Origin: Atractiella rhizophila
Lineage: Eukaryota
Direction of reading: 5' to 3'
Length of the DNA: 64,000 nucleotides
Assembly: GCA_021432655.1 (NCBI GenBank)
Contig: MU271329.1
Coordinates: 1-64,000, forward strand
This document shows, piece by piece, positions 11,037-23,779 of the stretch. Every line of letters starts with the position of its first letter. Within the stretch, counting starts at the first letter, position 1. The translations under genes were made by a program, and so were the position numbers. The notes under the pieces were generated by a model that saw only the letters and a program-made list of their open reading frames with translations, did no database searches and was not told where the DNA came from.

Positions 11037-12791
11037 TCAGCTTCTGTTTTTTGGTCCCTTCTTTGGTTTTGGGAATTGAATGGGCGCCTGCAAGGTCGCC
11101 ACTCTCCCTTCTGACAGTTTCTCGACCTTGCATCCAATCGACTTGAAAATTTCCTTCAACACACACTAGTCAGCGAGTAGGAACGGAAAGGAAAGAGCAT
11201 AGCATACAACGAGGTCCTTCTCTGGCATCTGCAAGTCCGTGGCAAGCTGGGCCACCGGCGACCTGAATTCAGATATGTGGAGGGAGATGGCAGCAATGTA
11301 GGCAAGGAGCTTTTGTTTGGCGTGAGGAGTGCGTCTTCGTCTGTGTAGACCAGTCATCAATTTGTCGCAGGGTAAGAGGAGGCAAGTGGACTTACTCTGT
11401 TGTCCCAGTCGGAAGCTCGCTAAAGGTTTCCAAAAGGTCGGTCTTGATGGTTTCTGGTACTGAGCCTAGCATGGGAGGGAACGAGTAGTCTTCGGGTATC
11501 TTCGTGTGTGGAAATTTCTGGTTCACAAAGAACAAAATGGAGAGATAGAGCACGGCCCTTGTCCTCCTCTTGCTGTCATTTGTTTCCGTCGCCTTCCAGA
11601 GCTCGAAAGCCTTCTCAAACTGATTCGAAAGGTATGTGGAGTGCTTGGCGTAAAGAAACCTCCTCGCTGCCTCCTTGCCGTCTCCTTCGAACAGTCCAAT
11701 CGCCTCCATTCCCAGGTCCTTAGCATGAGGCATGAGCACGTCAAGGCGATAGATCTTCTCTTTCTGCTTTGTCTCCATATCTACCGGAGGGATAGGTTTT
11801 CCTGCCACTTCCACATCTTGTAGTTCCTCCATAGACAAGAGTGTCTTTGCTCCTTCCTGAATTTGCTTTCTCACGACCCCTCCCAATGTCTTGTCCCCTC
11901 CCAGTCCCTCTTTCTTTAACACATTCCTCTCCCTCGCAGCCAAGGACCTCAACGACTTGCGGCTGCCAAACGCGGCTGTGAGATCGGCTCTTGCTTGGGC
12001 GTACGGAAGAGAAGCAGATGCGCCAGGAATAGGCGGAGGAGGCAGCTCGGGGCGAATAGCGTGGAGAGGTGCAGGAGGAAGAATACTGAGAATCCGCTTT
12101 TTACGAGAGTAGGCGCAGAGAACATAAGCTCCATCGTCAGAACTGGCAGATGAAGAATTAAACCATAATCCCCCAGTCGAGGCGTGGAGTTCTGACGACT
12201 CTTTGGAAACGTTGTTGTAGAGTTCGAAAGAAAGTGAACGGGGAGGTAGTGTGCTGGGTATCGTAGCTAAACCGTGAATTGTTAATGAATAGAGCTGGGA
12301 TGTATTCTCTAGCAACATGGTCCCGTCGTGGAACATCGTAAACTCAGGTATACCGCCCAGCAGATGCAAACTTTCAGCTGTATAAAGCAACGCCTCAGAC
12401 CTCATGGATGAGGTAGATAACGCGTGACAGAAAGCCAGAGGCAGTAAAACATTTCAAAGAGAAATATACAGATGAACCTCTCCGTATATGGGAAAGGTTG
12501 TGGCAAGCAAGTAGTCACCAGGAGCCCAGAGGCTGGACGTTTTCAGTCAGCATCACCAGAGCTCGCTCCTGAGGAGATCGAGATTACAACAGCGGTCAAA
12601 AGGATAAATTCCATCATTCATTGATGCCAGTCAAAGAAGACAACAGTCCCTCGATCCCATAGTACAGTCAAAGAGGCAAAACACGAAAGCTCACCTAATA
12701 AAGGACACAAACTATCCTTTTCTGGGAAGGACAGCAGCTCAGTACGCGCAGTTTCAGTTACCGCCGTGGAAGATCGTTTGCGTTTTGACAT
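11037..12791 (-). CDS. RPA49: RNA polymerase I subunit A49 (Rpa49/PAF53)
   Basis: MSKRKRSS start; ARADLTAAFGSRKS motif, IPPVDMETKQKEKIYRL, KLLAYIAAISLHISEF, LATDLQM, FKSIGCKV, ATLQAPIQFPKPK. Intron 1 spans 12378-12694. Confidence 0.9.
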
Positions 12792-13092
12792 CTGGTTATC
12801 CGTTAGCAAGAGATGAGAAGCCAATTATTTTCTTTCGAAGGAGCAGGAACTGGAAATTTTATTCAACATTCACATTCGGGAGATGCGGAACTTAAATGCA
12901 GGAAGCACGTGATCACTGACACCTGTCAGAAAGAAGAGAGCAGTCTGTTCATTTGACAGAATGAATTATTTATGCCTATAAAATACATTATATCCATGTG
13001 TAAAGATGCAACTGCAGAGCAAATGAAATATGCGGCGAGACCGAACCAAGCGAGTAAAATGATGACGGAATGGAGTGGACTGACAGAAACGG

Positions 13093-16000
13093 TTATGAGA
13101 AAAAATATTCACTTTTGAGGACCTCTTTGAGATCAAAAGGACCTCTGTGTGGAAGAGGAGGGAAGAGAAGCTGGATATCCTTATCGTTGCTCTCCTCCGA
13201 CAATAGCGCCTGTTTCCATTCCTGTTGCGCCATCTTGGGTGCCTTCTTCTCAGGGGCAGAAGGGTCATCCGAGGCGGGTGTGAGTACCGGTCCAGGCTGC
13301 TTCTTCTGCTTCCCTTCTTCATCCTTCTTTTTCGGTGTCAAAAATTTGTGCTCGCCAGCCATTGAACGGATCTGCGAGAAAGAAATGAGTGCTCTGTTGA
13401 ACGTGAGAGACAAGAGGACATACGTCGTCGCAAAAGTTCTCCAGAATCGGGAGTGAATGCAGCTCCACAAATGCTTCCCTCAAATGTTTAGCCATCTGTG
13501 GGATGTCAGCCGCATGTGTCCAGAATGAATCGTGGACCATCGCAAATGTCAAGCTCGACTCTTCCATTTTCAGAGCCGTCATCATCATATGGCTCGCGTC
13601 GAGAGAATGAATGAAATTCGGAGCGAGAGCAGCGCATTGTGGCGCGGGGTCAACTGGCATACTTTGGAAAGAATCGGCAAGGGCGACCTTCTGGATTACC
13701 GTCGAGTACTACAAATCGAATGGGTGAGTGGATGTCGCAGCGCACCAGAACGAGATCGACAGAGACTTACAGACTCTTCCACGTCCTTCCTATAGGGCTG
13801 GATAACCCCGACCCCGATCGGGGAGTACCATTTCATCGAAGTCATGCCAATACCGTCCCTTGCCTTCTGTAAGTTGACACTTTTGGACTTGTTTTCTCTT
13901 TGGGTTAAAGCGTTCTGCTGCTGGGTGTGTAGATTTCTGGAGTTCACAACCAGATATGCAAGATGAAGCAGCCATTGTTGAATCCTTGAAGCTCCTTTGA
14001 ACAAGTCACCTATGGACAGCAAGACCTTTCTAGAAGTCAGTGTGATCGCTGCAAATAAAACGAAAACGCACTTGTCGACTCAGGTAGAGCGCGCATGCGC
14101 TGACTTTCTCGGCCGGAATTTCTGGAATATCCTTTAACTGCTTCTCGATCTGTTGTTTCGCTCCAAAAAAGGTAACGCCATAGACGGTAGTCATCACCTT
14201 TCAAGCTGTCAGAACCGAGTACAAGCAGGAAGAGGAGCAAAATTCACAGTTTGTTTGATAACTTTCCTAGTGACGTGACCTTTCAAAACAAGAGCCTCGG
14301 GTAGTCCAGATTTACAGTGCTGGTCTATCTTCTGGTTGACCAGATCGGCTACGCCAGAATATACGTCTGCGGGCTTTCCTGCTGGGTTGTTGGAGAGATT
14401 GACATGTGCAGCCCCTGCGACGTCTCCTCCAAGAGCGGCATAGTGCTGAAGACCGTTACAGGTGCCATCCTGGTGCACAGGGAGGTGAGAGACGAAGTCT
14501 ATCGGATTTTTGTACCGTAGAGCGCCAGTAAGTTCGAAACAAGTTGCGAGGCATTGCCAAGGGTCGTCTGCCTTCTGCCACCAATCGTGCTATTCGTTGA
14601 CTTAATAAGCTAAGGTGACAAGTCGGAGTATGAAACAGAAACAGACCTCAAGAGGTGCGTCAGCTGACTTGAAAATATCATCCAAGTGATCCATTGCGAA
14701 TTGCTCTCGGTCGTCAAACGACAGCTTACTCTTTCCGTAGGTATTGGAAAGGTGCACTTTGAGCCAGCGCAGCCCTTCCTTCCCCAGAGGTTTCCCTTCT
14801 GCAAATTTAAGAAGGCTCCGCGAGAGATCATCTCCAATGTGTGAGAGGTTGGGGGGTACCGGATACGCTCGTCCACGGAAGTCGATGTTGTGTGGAAAGT
14901 ACATGACTTCGTTCTGGAACTGAAACCAGGAGTTTCATTAGTTTAGTCATGCGACAATCGATATGACGGTCTTACGGCATGGGCGATCGTCAGCTTGTAA
15001 CTGATATTGCATCTCTCGCTATGAGCACCACGACGCGCTGAAATGACTTTTTTCTGCTTCTTTACCCAAATGCGATGTTCCTGCATCTCGATTTCCTTCG
15101 AATCCTGCTCCTGACCTTCTGGTAAAATATCAGTCTTCGGCGCATCAGGGATGTCGACTTCTGGCTTGGCGGTGGGAATGGATAAAAACTGGTCTCCAGT
15201 GTTCCAAACTTGCGTTATGACGGCAAGCACCTTCTTATTGACGACCCATGGAACACTTCCGAGATAATCTAAAGCTCGAAAAGCTCGGTCGAAACGTCCA
15301 TCCTTGATGTCCTCCTTGACAGACTTCCTTTGTTCGTGAGTACTGGTGCGCACTGGCTGGGTGCTAGTTGTGAGGTAGGCGCCCTCGTCGAAGCTCGTCC
15401 AGGGTCGTGGAGTGCAAAGCATTGGAAGATGTCGATGCTGCAGGGTGGAGGCAACCGAGTTCTTCGTGAACAGCTCGACGATGGCACGGTGCAGTTTGAT
15501 GACACCGACCTTCGTGCCTGCGACATAAGGGAAGCTCTGCTGGAAAGCTGGATGTTCTTCCTCGCTGGAAAACAATTGTCATCGAACTCTCAGTGATATT
15601 ATGAGAGACACTTACATTGTCTCCCCATCCACTTCTGCCGTCACAAGATGCTTCGCATATTTCAAGAGATAACCGATCATCATGGCACCAATACTACACT
15701 TCAGCTCCGTGGTCCAAACAATTTCCAGATCTTGCTTGGTTTCGGAGGATACTTGGAACAATGCATTTTGCCCATTCTCTTTCCGGGACCAACGTCCAGT
15801 CTTGGGATTCCAGCGTCCGGTCGCAGTGGCATTCAACAAACGGGAGAGAGCGGATTTGGCAACGTATCGACTGGGTTGGGCTGTTTCGACATTGTACTCG
15901 GCTTGAACCTGCTCGTTACTTAGGGGCTTATTCCAGCGATCAATCTTGTTACGATTGATGAATCTCGCCACAGCCGCATTCCCCTTCCATCCGCCAACAA

Positions 16001-19000
16001 TCTTTGCCTTGAACTCCAGCTCAATAGCCTCGCTGATGTTGACCATCAGAAGAGCAAACTTGACACCATCGTCTCCAGCCGGTCCTGTCATTCGGAGAGC
16101 TTCTACGACCGTGAGAAAGGCAATTTGTTGTGGACGCAATTTGGAGATAATACGGGCAGCAGTGGCATCATGGGATAGGAGATTGGGATCTTCTCCGGCA
16201 ATATCTGGCCGAGGTCGTAGCGATTTAATGTCTTCTTTCAACTGGTCCGCAATCGCTTGTGTCCAGACCTTCATTGCCTTTTCAATGTTTCGGCCTTTGA
16301 ACGAGGCGGTCTGCCTGCCTGCAGTGTTTGCCATCTTCTCCCCATCTGCTTTCGCGAACTTCTCCGCAACTAGTTCGGAATCCTTCTCGAGCCTCAATTG
16401 CCGCGCGTACGCATCCAGCGTACGATCAGGCATAAGGAGCGAACCGAGACTCTCCTGCAACGCTTGCATGGACTGAACAGATGCCGCATCACCAGACTGT
16501 GGACCTATCAAAACTTATCCCAGGAAAAAGCGGGAACCGTACTTCATTGTTCATCTGTTTAAGAGCTGGCAGCCGTTCTTTCTTGTTTTCCTCCAACTCC
16601 CACTCGACATAAGCCTCCCTATCCAAGCGCTTTACGTCACGCTGCTTAAGTTCATCACCGTTTTCCTTTCTCCAACTCTCCAAGAGCCTGGTGAAGTTGG
16701 CGACATCTTCCGGCTTGAAAAACCTCTCGCTGGACAACAAAGCTTCTACGACCGTCTCCGGCTCGATGTTGCCAAGGTGGTCAAACTCTTTGGCGAGCAA
16801 GCTGACCTCGAGGAGCGACTCCCCTACGTCCACGTCGACGAAAGGAGCCTCAGCGGCGGAGAGGGCGAGAACATGATCAAAAATTGACTCGAGTCGAGCC
16901 TGAAGAAGTCGAGGATCGGGGGTGTAAGAGGGATCGAGTTGTCGACAGTAGTTTTCGAACTGCAAAACGCCTTTTACCATGATGGCGGCAGACATTTTCT
17001 CAATCTGCAGAGCGTAGTCATTCGCACCATGTTCTACAACGCGTATCAGCCTAGCTGGTTCAAAAAGAATGAAGATCAACGGACCAGTAAGCATCTGCCA
17101 CCATGACCAAGCTCTCCCAGCCATTTTATACGCCATCCTATGTTGACCCATGGTCGTGAAGTTACAGGCTTCACGCCAGAATGCAACCAAGAATCGCTGG
17201 TGAATCTCGAGTGGCACAAGTTCGCCGAACTCAGGAGCCACCCACAACCCCTTATACTTCTTCGAGAACGCATCATCCTTCTCCGTCGGTTCCTGTGAAT
17301 CCAACCTGCCCTCTATCTCCGCCATCCACTTCTTCATAATCTCCAGATCGTTCGGTCGCAGTATGAGTCTGGTCGGATCTTGCAAGTCATCTTTCGTGAG
17401 GATGCCATCGAAGGTGTTCTCCTGCTCAGCAGCGAGCTGGGTATCCTCACTGGCTCCTTCTTCCAGATTCATTTCCTCCTTCGCCTTCTCCCATTCCGCC
17501 CACATTTTCGCCTTTACCTCTGGATAGATGACTGCCCACTTTTTCACCACCGGTGCTCCCGCCTTGTTCAACACCGCTCTCTCGACGTCTTCCAAATGAA
17601 CCAGTGTGCTCTTGTCCACCCACTGTTCCGCATTGATGACCGCACTTAGCTCACTGACAGTGACCGTCGGTAGTTGAGCCCTGAGATCGCTCGTCCAGAT
17701 CGAATGCAGACTCATCCTCCCCTCTTCTTCCGCTCCTTTCAATCCGTAAAACTCTTCCACCGTCATTCCACCGCCGGCACGGATATGAGAGTTGTACGAC
17801 TCGAAGATCTTGTTCCATATCAAGAGGGCGGAGAACTTGTTGAAACGAAGGTTTTGATTCGGGCCACGGGAGGACAAGAGGAGGGAGACGTATTCCTCTC
17901 TATTCAAGATCTCGGCTATTGCCTCTCCCCTCATCGTCTGAGTATTCGAGAAACCTTCCTTCACCGCCTTCAACGCCGAGTCCTTCTGTGCCAACAGCAC
18001 CTGCAACACCCTCGGTTTGGCGGCCCGCAACATCCCCTGAGTAGCGCTCGTGCTCTCCTCACTTCCCTCCGTCGTCCTCCACCACTCCGCCCACTGCCTT
18101 TCCACTTCGGCACTCTCCATCTCGACGAATCCCTTGCCCCTCCGCGCACCATTTCTCAAGCGCTTCATCGTCTTCTCCACATCCGCTTGATACGCTTCAG
18201 CCGCTTCCAGATCGATACCCCTCTCCTCCGCAATCTCATCCACGACCTCCTGACAGCCGGACTCTCCCCTAGATTCCTTATAAAAGTTCCTATAAAACCT
18301 CGCGCTCTGATTGCTCACGTCGTCCGTCTTCTCCAACGTCTTTGCTCCCCACCACAACCTATGTATGGCGTTATAAGTCTGCAGAGCGGTCTTGAGCGAT
18401 TCTACATTTTGAGAGTTCTCTCCTTCCGTGGTCCAGTTGACGGTCCGGGAATAGAAGGGTGGGTTTTTCGTGAAATCCACTCCTTCCCTCAATGGTGGTG
18501 CGGCATGGGAAAGGTCTAAGTCTTCCTTCTCGATCTCGAGGCTCTGAAGGCCTTCAAGGTCCGGTACAGTCTCTCGCTGTTTAGGGGGGAAGATGTCACC
18601 TTCGAGGGAAGCGACGATGGTGGCCATAGCGGAGTGGTGCCAGCCAAGGGGATGATAGCGGTGTTGAAAGAGCAAGGCGGCCTCGTGATACGGGAGCGGT
18701 TTAGTGGTGGGCGAGATGGGGTTATAGCCCGTGGGCAACTTGAACGGCGGAGGGACGTATTTCGCCTTCGGACGCTCCGTCGCCAGACTCATGTCCACCT
18801 CCACCTCCGAATCCACAGCCCTCGACTCAAACGGCGCCTCTTCCTCAGCTGCGAGGTTCGCTTCCGTCTCAGTTTGCTCGAGCTCGGGCAGCGGAGGCGG
18901 ATCCTTCATCAGCTCCACCAATTCCTCTTCGCCCTCGATCCCGTGCTCTTTCAGCATCACCGTCCCTTCCTCCTCCCTATTCCTCAAGTCAAACTCCTTT

Positions 19001-19302
19001 GCGTCTTCGCTCGCATCTAACAGATCGATTTGACGCTGAAGTATCGAGTCCACGTCGACATTATTTCTCTGTCTTTGAGATACGGATGGAGATGGGGGAC
19101 GAGGACGGTTTGGTGGGTGAGGAATGTAGAAGCTGCTGTGGCTTATCGGCTGGGGGTGGTGTAGATCCAGAGGGGAAGAAGAGGGAGAGGAAGTCGAGAG
19201 CGCGCGGAAGGATGTGGAAGAAAGGAGCGCTCGGGGATGGGGCGAGGAACAGGAGAATGGTAGCTGGCGAATCGGCAGGCGACGTAGTTTGAGAGGCATC
19301 AT
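13093..19302 (-). CDS. RPO41: T7-phage-type mitochondrial RNA polymerase with a very long N-terminal extension
   Basis: Motifs [70 protein letters not shown] and C-terminal SEYFFS. The N-terminus is an Arg/Ser/Leu-rich mitochondrial presequence. Confidence 0.97.
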
Positions 19303-20057
19303 GTTGCCGAGGAAGGTGTTTTAATGTTATGGCCGATTGACGTTGGGTGGTATCTAACAACAAAGCAGTGATATTAGCTGATACGAGCATATATCGTCGA
19401 AAGACAGTCTCGAAGAATTGTTTGAAAATGTCTCTCTATGTGAAATAGTGCGTCGAAAGCCAACCATTATCCCTTTTGGATCATTTGGTTGAGCATGAGC
19501 ACACCTTCCTCAAGTTGCCGTGCACAATTAAACCCGATAAAGCTACAGAAACAAGTACAACTCATAGATAGACGGTTATCATTTCCTTCCATGACCTTTC
19601 CTTTGCCGGAGGATTCAGAAGATAAGATTGTTGATTGCCACCTGTCCTGACAACAGCACTTTTCTTCCAACAGACAGTATACACCAAAACAACAACATTT
19701 CCAGGAAGACACGCCCCCCTCGGCACCACGACACAATGCTAGAAAGCAGATGACGCACCAGTAAGTAGCTGTTCCTGCACTTGTTCAGTAGTTCCGTTTA
19801 CTGCCCGACTGCAAGTTTTGAACGAAAAAGGATTATAGGGTAAGTAAGGAAGGATAAATAGTTGGGTGAGGAGATACCCTCTTTTGGCGGACTTCGAAGA
19901 CGAAGAAACGCTGGTGCAGGTCTTGCGAAGTTTGGTTTTGGAAGAAGAAACTTTTTGTCCAGAGAAAGATTAGAGTCTGACTACGGCAACAACCTTACTC
20001 TTCGTCGCCTCTCCCATTACTGCATTACTGGCTCAACCACAAGTTAGATAACTAAGG

Positions 20058-21137
20058 ATGCCACGGTCACGCTCCCCCTCGCCTTCTTCTCCACGAACAG
20101 TCCCAGGCCATCCAAACACCGCGACCCTCTCCATCTCCCGCGACTACTTCACCAAATCAAGCGAGTTCCGTTCCTGGCTGGCATCCTACAAGTCCAAGTC
20201 CAAAGACTCCAAACATGCAGACAAGGGGAAGGGAAAGGAGAAGGGGCTGTCGTTTGAACGCTTGACGGGGGAAGAGGCGAGACGGTACTTTAAGAAGTTT
20301 GTGCGGAGGTGGAATGAGGGAGAATTGGATGGTACGCCTCTTTCATTGCTGAGATGGACGGTTCTTTCAATTACAAGTCAGTTAGTGGAGGTACTGATTT
20401 GCTCTTTCTTCTCGGGAATTGGAATTGGAATGGGATGGAACAGATGCGTATTATTCGGGAACCATCCAACCGCCGAAATCCAAGCACGTCTGGGGCTTCG
20501 AAGGTTCTCTCTCGAAGAAAGAACAGCAAACGCTAGCCGAAGCCACACAAGCCGACGATCGTCCCTCCACGCACCTGCCTTCCGCATCAACGACACGGCC
20601 CACACAAGGGCCTCTCCTCCCCGCAGGCCACTCCGCGCTTTCCGCTCTTCACTCCTCCCGAGAAGCAGAGCGCGACCGTGAGGCTTCAGAGCGCGCCGCA
20701 AGGGCGTACGAAGGGAAGAAGCGGCGACGGGAGGAGCGGGAGGAGGAGGAGGAAGGGCGTGCGACGGGGCGGGATCGGAGGGTGGAGAAGCGGAGGGAGA
20801 TGAATGCGTCCAATCGGGCTTTTGCGAGTCGGAGGGAGGAGGCGGATGGGTTGGGGGATGTGGGAGAGGAGGAGTTGATGGGCGGGGCGGGGGATAGCTT
20901 TCAGGCTGCGGTGAGGGAGAGGGAGAGGGCGAGGGGGAAGGGGAGGGGAAAGAGGGAGAGGGAGAGGGAGGAGAGGGAGGCGGAGAAGTTGGATAGGTTT
21001 AGGTGTGTTTTTTCCTTCTTCGGCATGAGGATCAGAACTGATGCTTTGTCGTGCGCCGTAGGGAGATGAAAACGAAAGAAGGGAAGACAATGGATATGCT
21101 CCGTCAACTCGCGGAGAGTAGGTTCGGCAAGGGTTGA
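20058..21137 (+). CDS. SCI1-like (style cell-cycle inhibitor 1 family) nuclear protein
   Basis: ISRDYFTKSSEFRSWL...EEARRYFKKFVRRWNEGEL|DAYY, a charged coiled-coil region, and C-terminal TMDMLRQLAESRFG. Two introns. Confidence 0.75.
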
Positions 21138-21369
21138 CCCTCATCCCTTTCTTTTGGAATAATCCAGTGTCCTGTGTATCACTACGAATCATCACCAGAT
21201 CCTTCGCATGTAACATCAATGAGGCACGTTATTTCCGACACGCCTCCGATAACTTTTCTTTCAAGTCTCCAACTGACCTTTGTTCGCCCCGTTCCACACG
21301 GCGTCTTTGAGAGCAAATCAGAAATATCATTACTCAAAAACACACTCCGAACAAGTAAACCGACCCAAC

Positions 21370-22400
21370 TCAAGCCTTCGCCCCTCCCTTCTCTCCCGTC
21401 CTGGGAAGCGGACCGCTCTCCGTCGAACCCGACGACGGTGAGGCTGTGGATGAAGGAGGCTTGGTCCAATCCTTGATCACGTTCCCTTCATAAGGATGTC
21501 TCTCGTCCGGAAAGACAATGAGCCTCTCCAACCTCCTCTTCCTTAACCTATTCTTTGGCAACATTCCCGATACCGCTTTCCTAATAATCTACACCACGAA
21601 ACCACAAAAGAAAGGGTCAGTTCATCCCATCAGGCCGCAAGGAGGCGTAACAAAACGGAAAGAAGATGGAAAGAAAAGGGGAAAGGGTTGAGAAAGGGGA
21701 ATAAGGGGAGGACGCACCTCTTCGGGTTTGAACTCCATCATCCTCCGGAACGGGATCTCCTTCAACCCGCCCGGGAAACCAGAGTGGTGTCGATAGACGA
21801 GAGAGTCCCGTTTTCGTCCTGTGACGACGATGTGGCGCGCGTTCGTCACTACCACGTAGTCGCCCGCGTCGACTGTACCGCACATGCATGTTAGTGGTCA
21901 CTCTTTTTTTGTTTTTCGTTGTGTAGTGGGTGTGGGAATGGTGGGAGAAGGCGGAAGTTGTCATGTGGTATATTGAGGTGTAGAAGTACGTAGGAAAGAA
22001 GGTAATGGAACTGTTGTGTCCTAGACATCTCATTTAATTGAGCTTAGCTGAATTCGGGTTGAAGCAAGCAATATGCTCCCTCTCCAGTGTAACAAAAACA
22101 CCACTGTGACCTTGTACCATCTGCTTCACAAGGAAAACGCCTCCCCATACACCACCAACCAAGAATGACAGGGAAGAAAGAGGTAAGACGAACCAGCAGG
22201 ATTGTACGTCGGCTTATGCTTGCCCATCAACACCGGCGCAATCTGGCTCGCCAGCCGTCCGAGGATTTTGGAGCGCGCATCGACGGAACGCCAGACGCGG
22301 GCGTGCGCTAGACCAGCCTGTCCATATCCAGGAATCGAGTAAGATACAGGTTACAGTGTTGTTGAGTAAGACGACATACGTATCCTATTCGAGTGGACAT
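21370..22400 (-). CDS. MRPL23: Mitochondrial ribosomal protein uL13m
   Basis: [47 protein letters not shown]...[13 protein letters not shown]...[13 protein letters not shown] 321-nt intron spans 21873-22193. Confidence 0.95.
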
Positions 22401-22715
22401 GAGAGAAAGGTGAGGAGAGGGAGGGAAGCTGGGAGGTGTTGGTTAATTTTTTGGTACCCGACAATAAGGTCCTTCTCCCTGTTCCGTAGTTTGCCTCTAG
22501 TTCTCGAACAGCCAAGCAAAAGTAAACGCGTGTTTCTGCCGCGCGAACAAACGCGGGTGCCTATCTCGCTACCTGCCTTCCCACCCGCAACCTCACTCGC
22601 TCATAAATAGTCCCAGGCACCGTGCACTATCCCTCCCTCCATCCCTTCCTAAAACCTGCCCAAACCCAGTCTAAACCCTCCCTCCATCCAGCTCACCGAT
22701 ATATAGACACGCACG

Positions 22716-23368
22716 ATGTCCCAGGCAGACGAACAACAAAAGACGATCGAGAAGTACCAGTCGTCACATGCTTCTCTGGATTGGGAAGGCATGTCCTCCT
22801 GCCTCTCACCTACATACACATTCAGCGACCCCGCCTTCCCGGATCTGGACGAGCGCATGAGCAAGGGAATGTGGTGTATGTTTCTCGAGAATCGGGAGAC
22901 GAACAAGATGGTCGTCAAGTGTGGACCGGCCACCAAGACGGGAGAGAACACCGTGAGCAATTTACTCAAACATCTGGACTGCTCTGATGACTTTGTGATT
23001 TGTGTGGGACAGTGGGAATACGATTATTCGGTCGACTACGTCCTCAACTCCCGTCCCATCCTCAACCACATGCATGCCACTTTGACTCTCTCCCCAAGCA
23101 CCAACCTGTGAGTCTTCTTCAACCTACCTCTCCCTAAGTACCAAAGGATACTAATATGTGGTTGTGGATGTTTAGGATAACGAAGCAAGTCGACCACTTT
23201 GACTTCTACGCGTGGGCACGACAGGCTCTCGGTGTCTCAGGATACCTCCTGGGATGGACGGAGATGGTGAAGGGCCAGGTGAGGACGAGGGCTAAGGGAA
23301 GGCTGGAAGGCTTTTTGAAGAAGAAGGAGGCCAGAGCGACGGAGGGAGAGGGAGAGGCTAAACTGTGA
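22716..23368 (+). CDS. SnoaL/NTF2-like protein, paralogue 1
   Basis: LDWEGMSSCL..FSDPAFPDL..GMWCM; |WEYDY..RPILNH..|ITKQVDHFDFYAWARQALGVSGYLLGW. Two introns. Confidence 0.85.
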
Positions 23369-23779
23369 GCGTTTGGCTAGCTCGATTCTTGCTATATGTA
23401 TTATCGCATCGCGCTCGTTATTTATTTCTTCGATTCTACATCATTCTTTGGTGATAATCTATCCTACATGCGGACCATTTAGTTTGATAGGCTCCTGCTA
23501 TTTCATGCGTCCACGTTACAGCCTGAATATCTTGGGTTCGAAGCAAAACTCTCGATAGTTATTTAGACGGGTAGGAGAGTGGCGGCGTTAGTAATTTATC
23601 GTTGGGCAGCCAACAATAAGGTTCTTCCCGCTTTTCAATCATCTCTGTGGGTTCTGGTGGGTTCCAGCACAATAGTTACGACCAAGATGTCTCCATCGAG
23701 TGAGGAAAGACCCGTCCGTTAACTCGCTATCTCTCTCCCTCCACACTTCTTCTAATGTTGATTTCTTTCCCTGCACCTG

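Noticed and set aside
17674..18519. Long antisense ORFs (e.g. 17674-18519, 49987-50652, 43810-44469, 62502-62975)
   Set aside because: They are shadows of real genes on the opposite strand, with no independent motifs.
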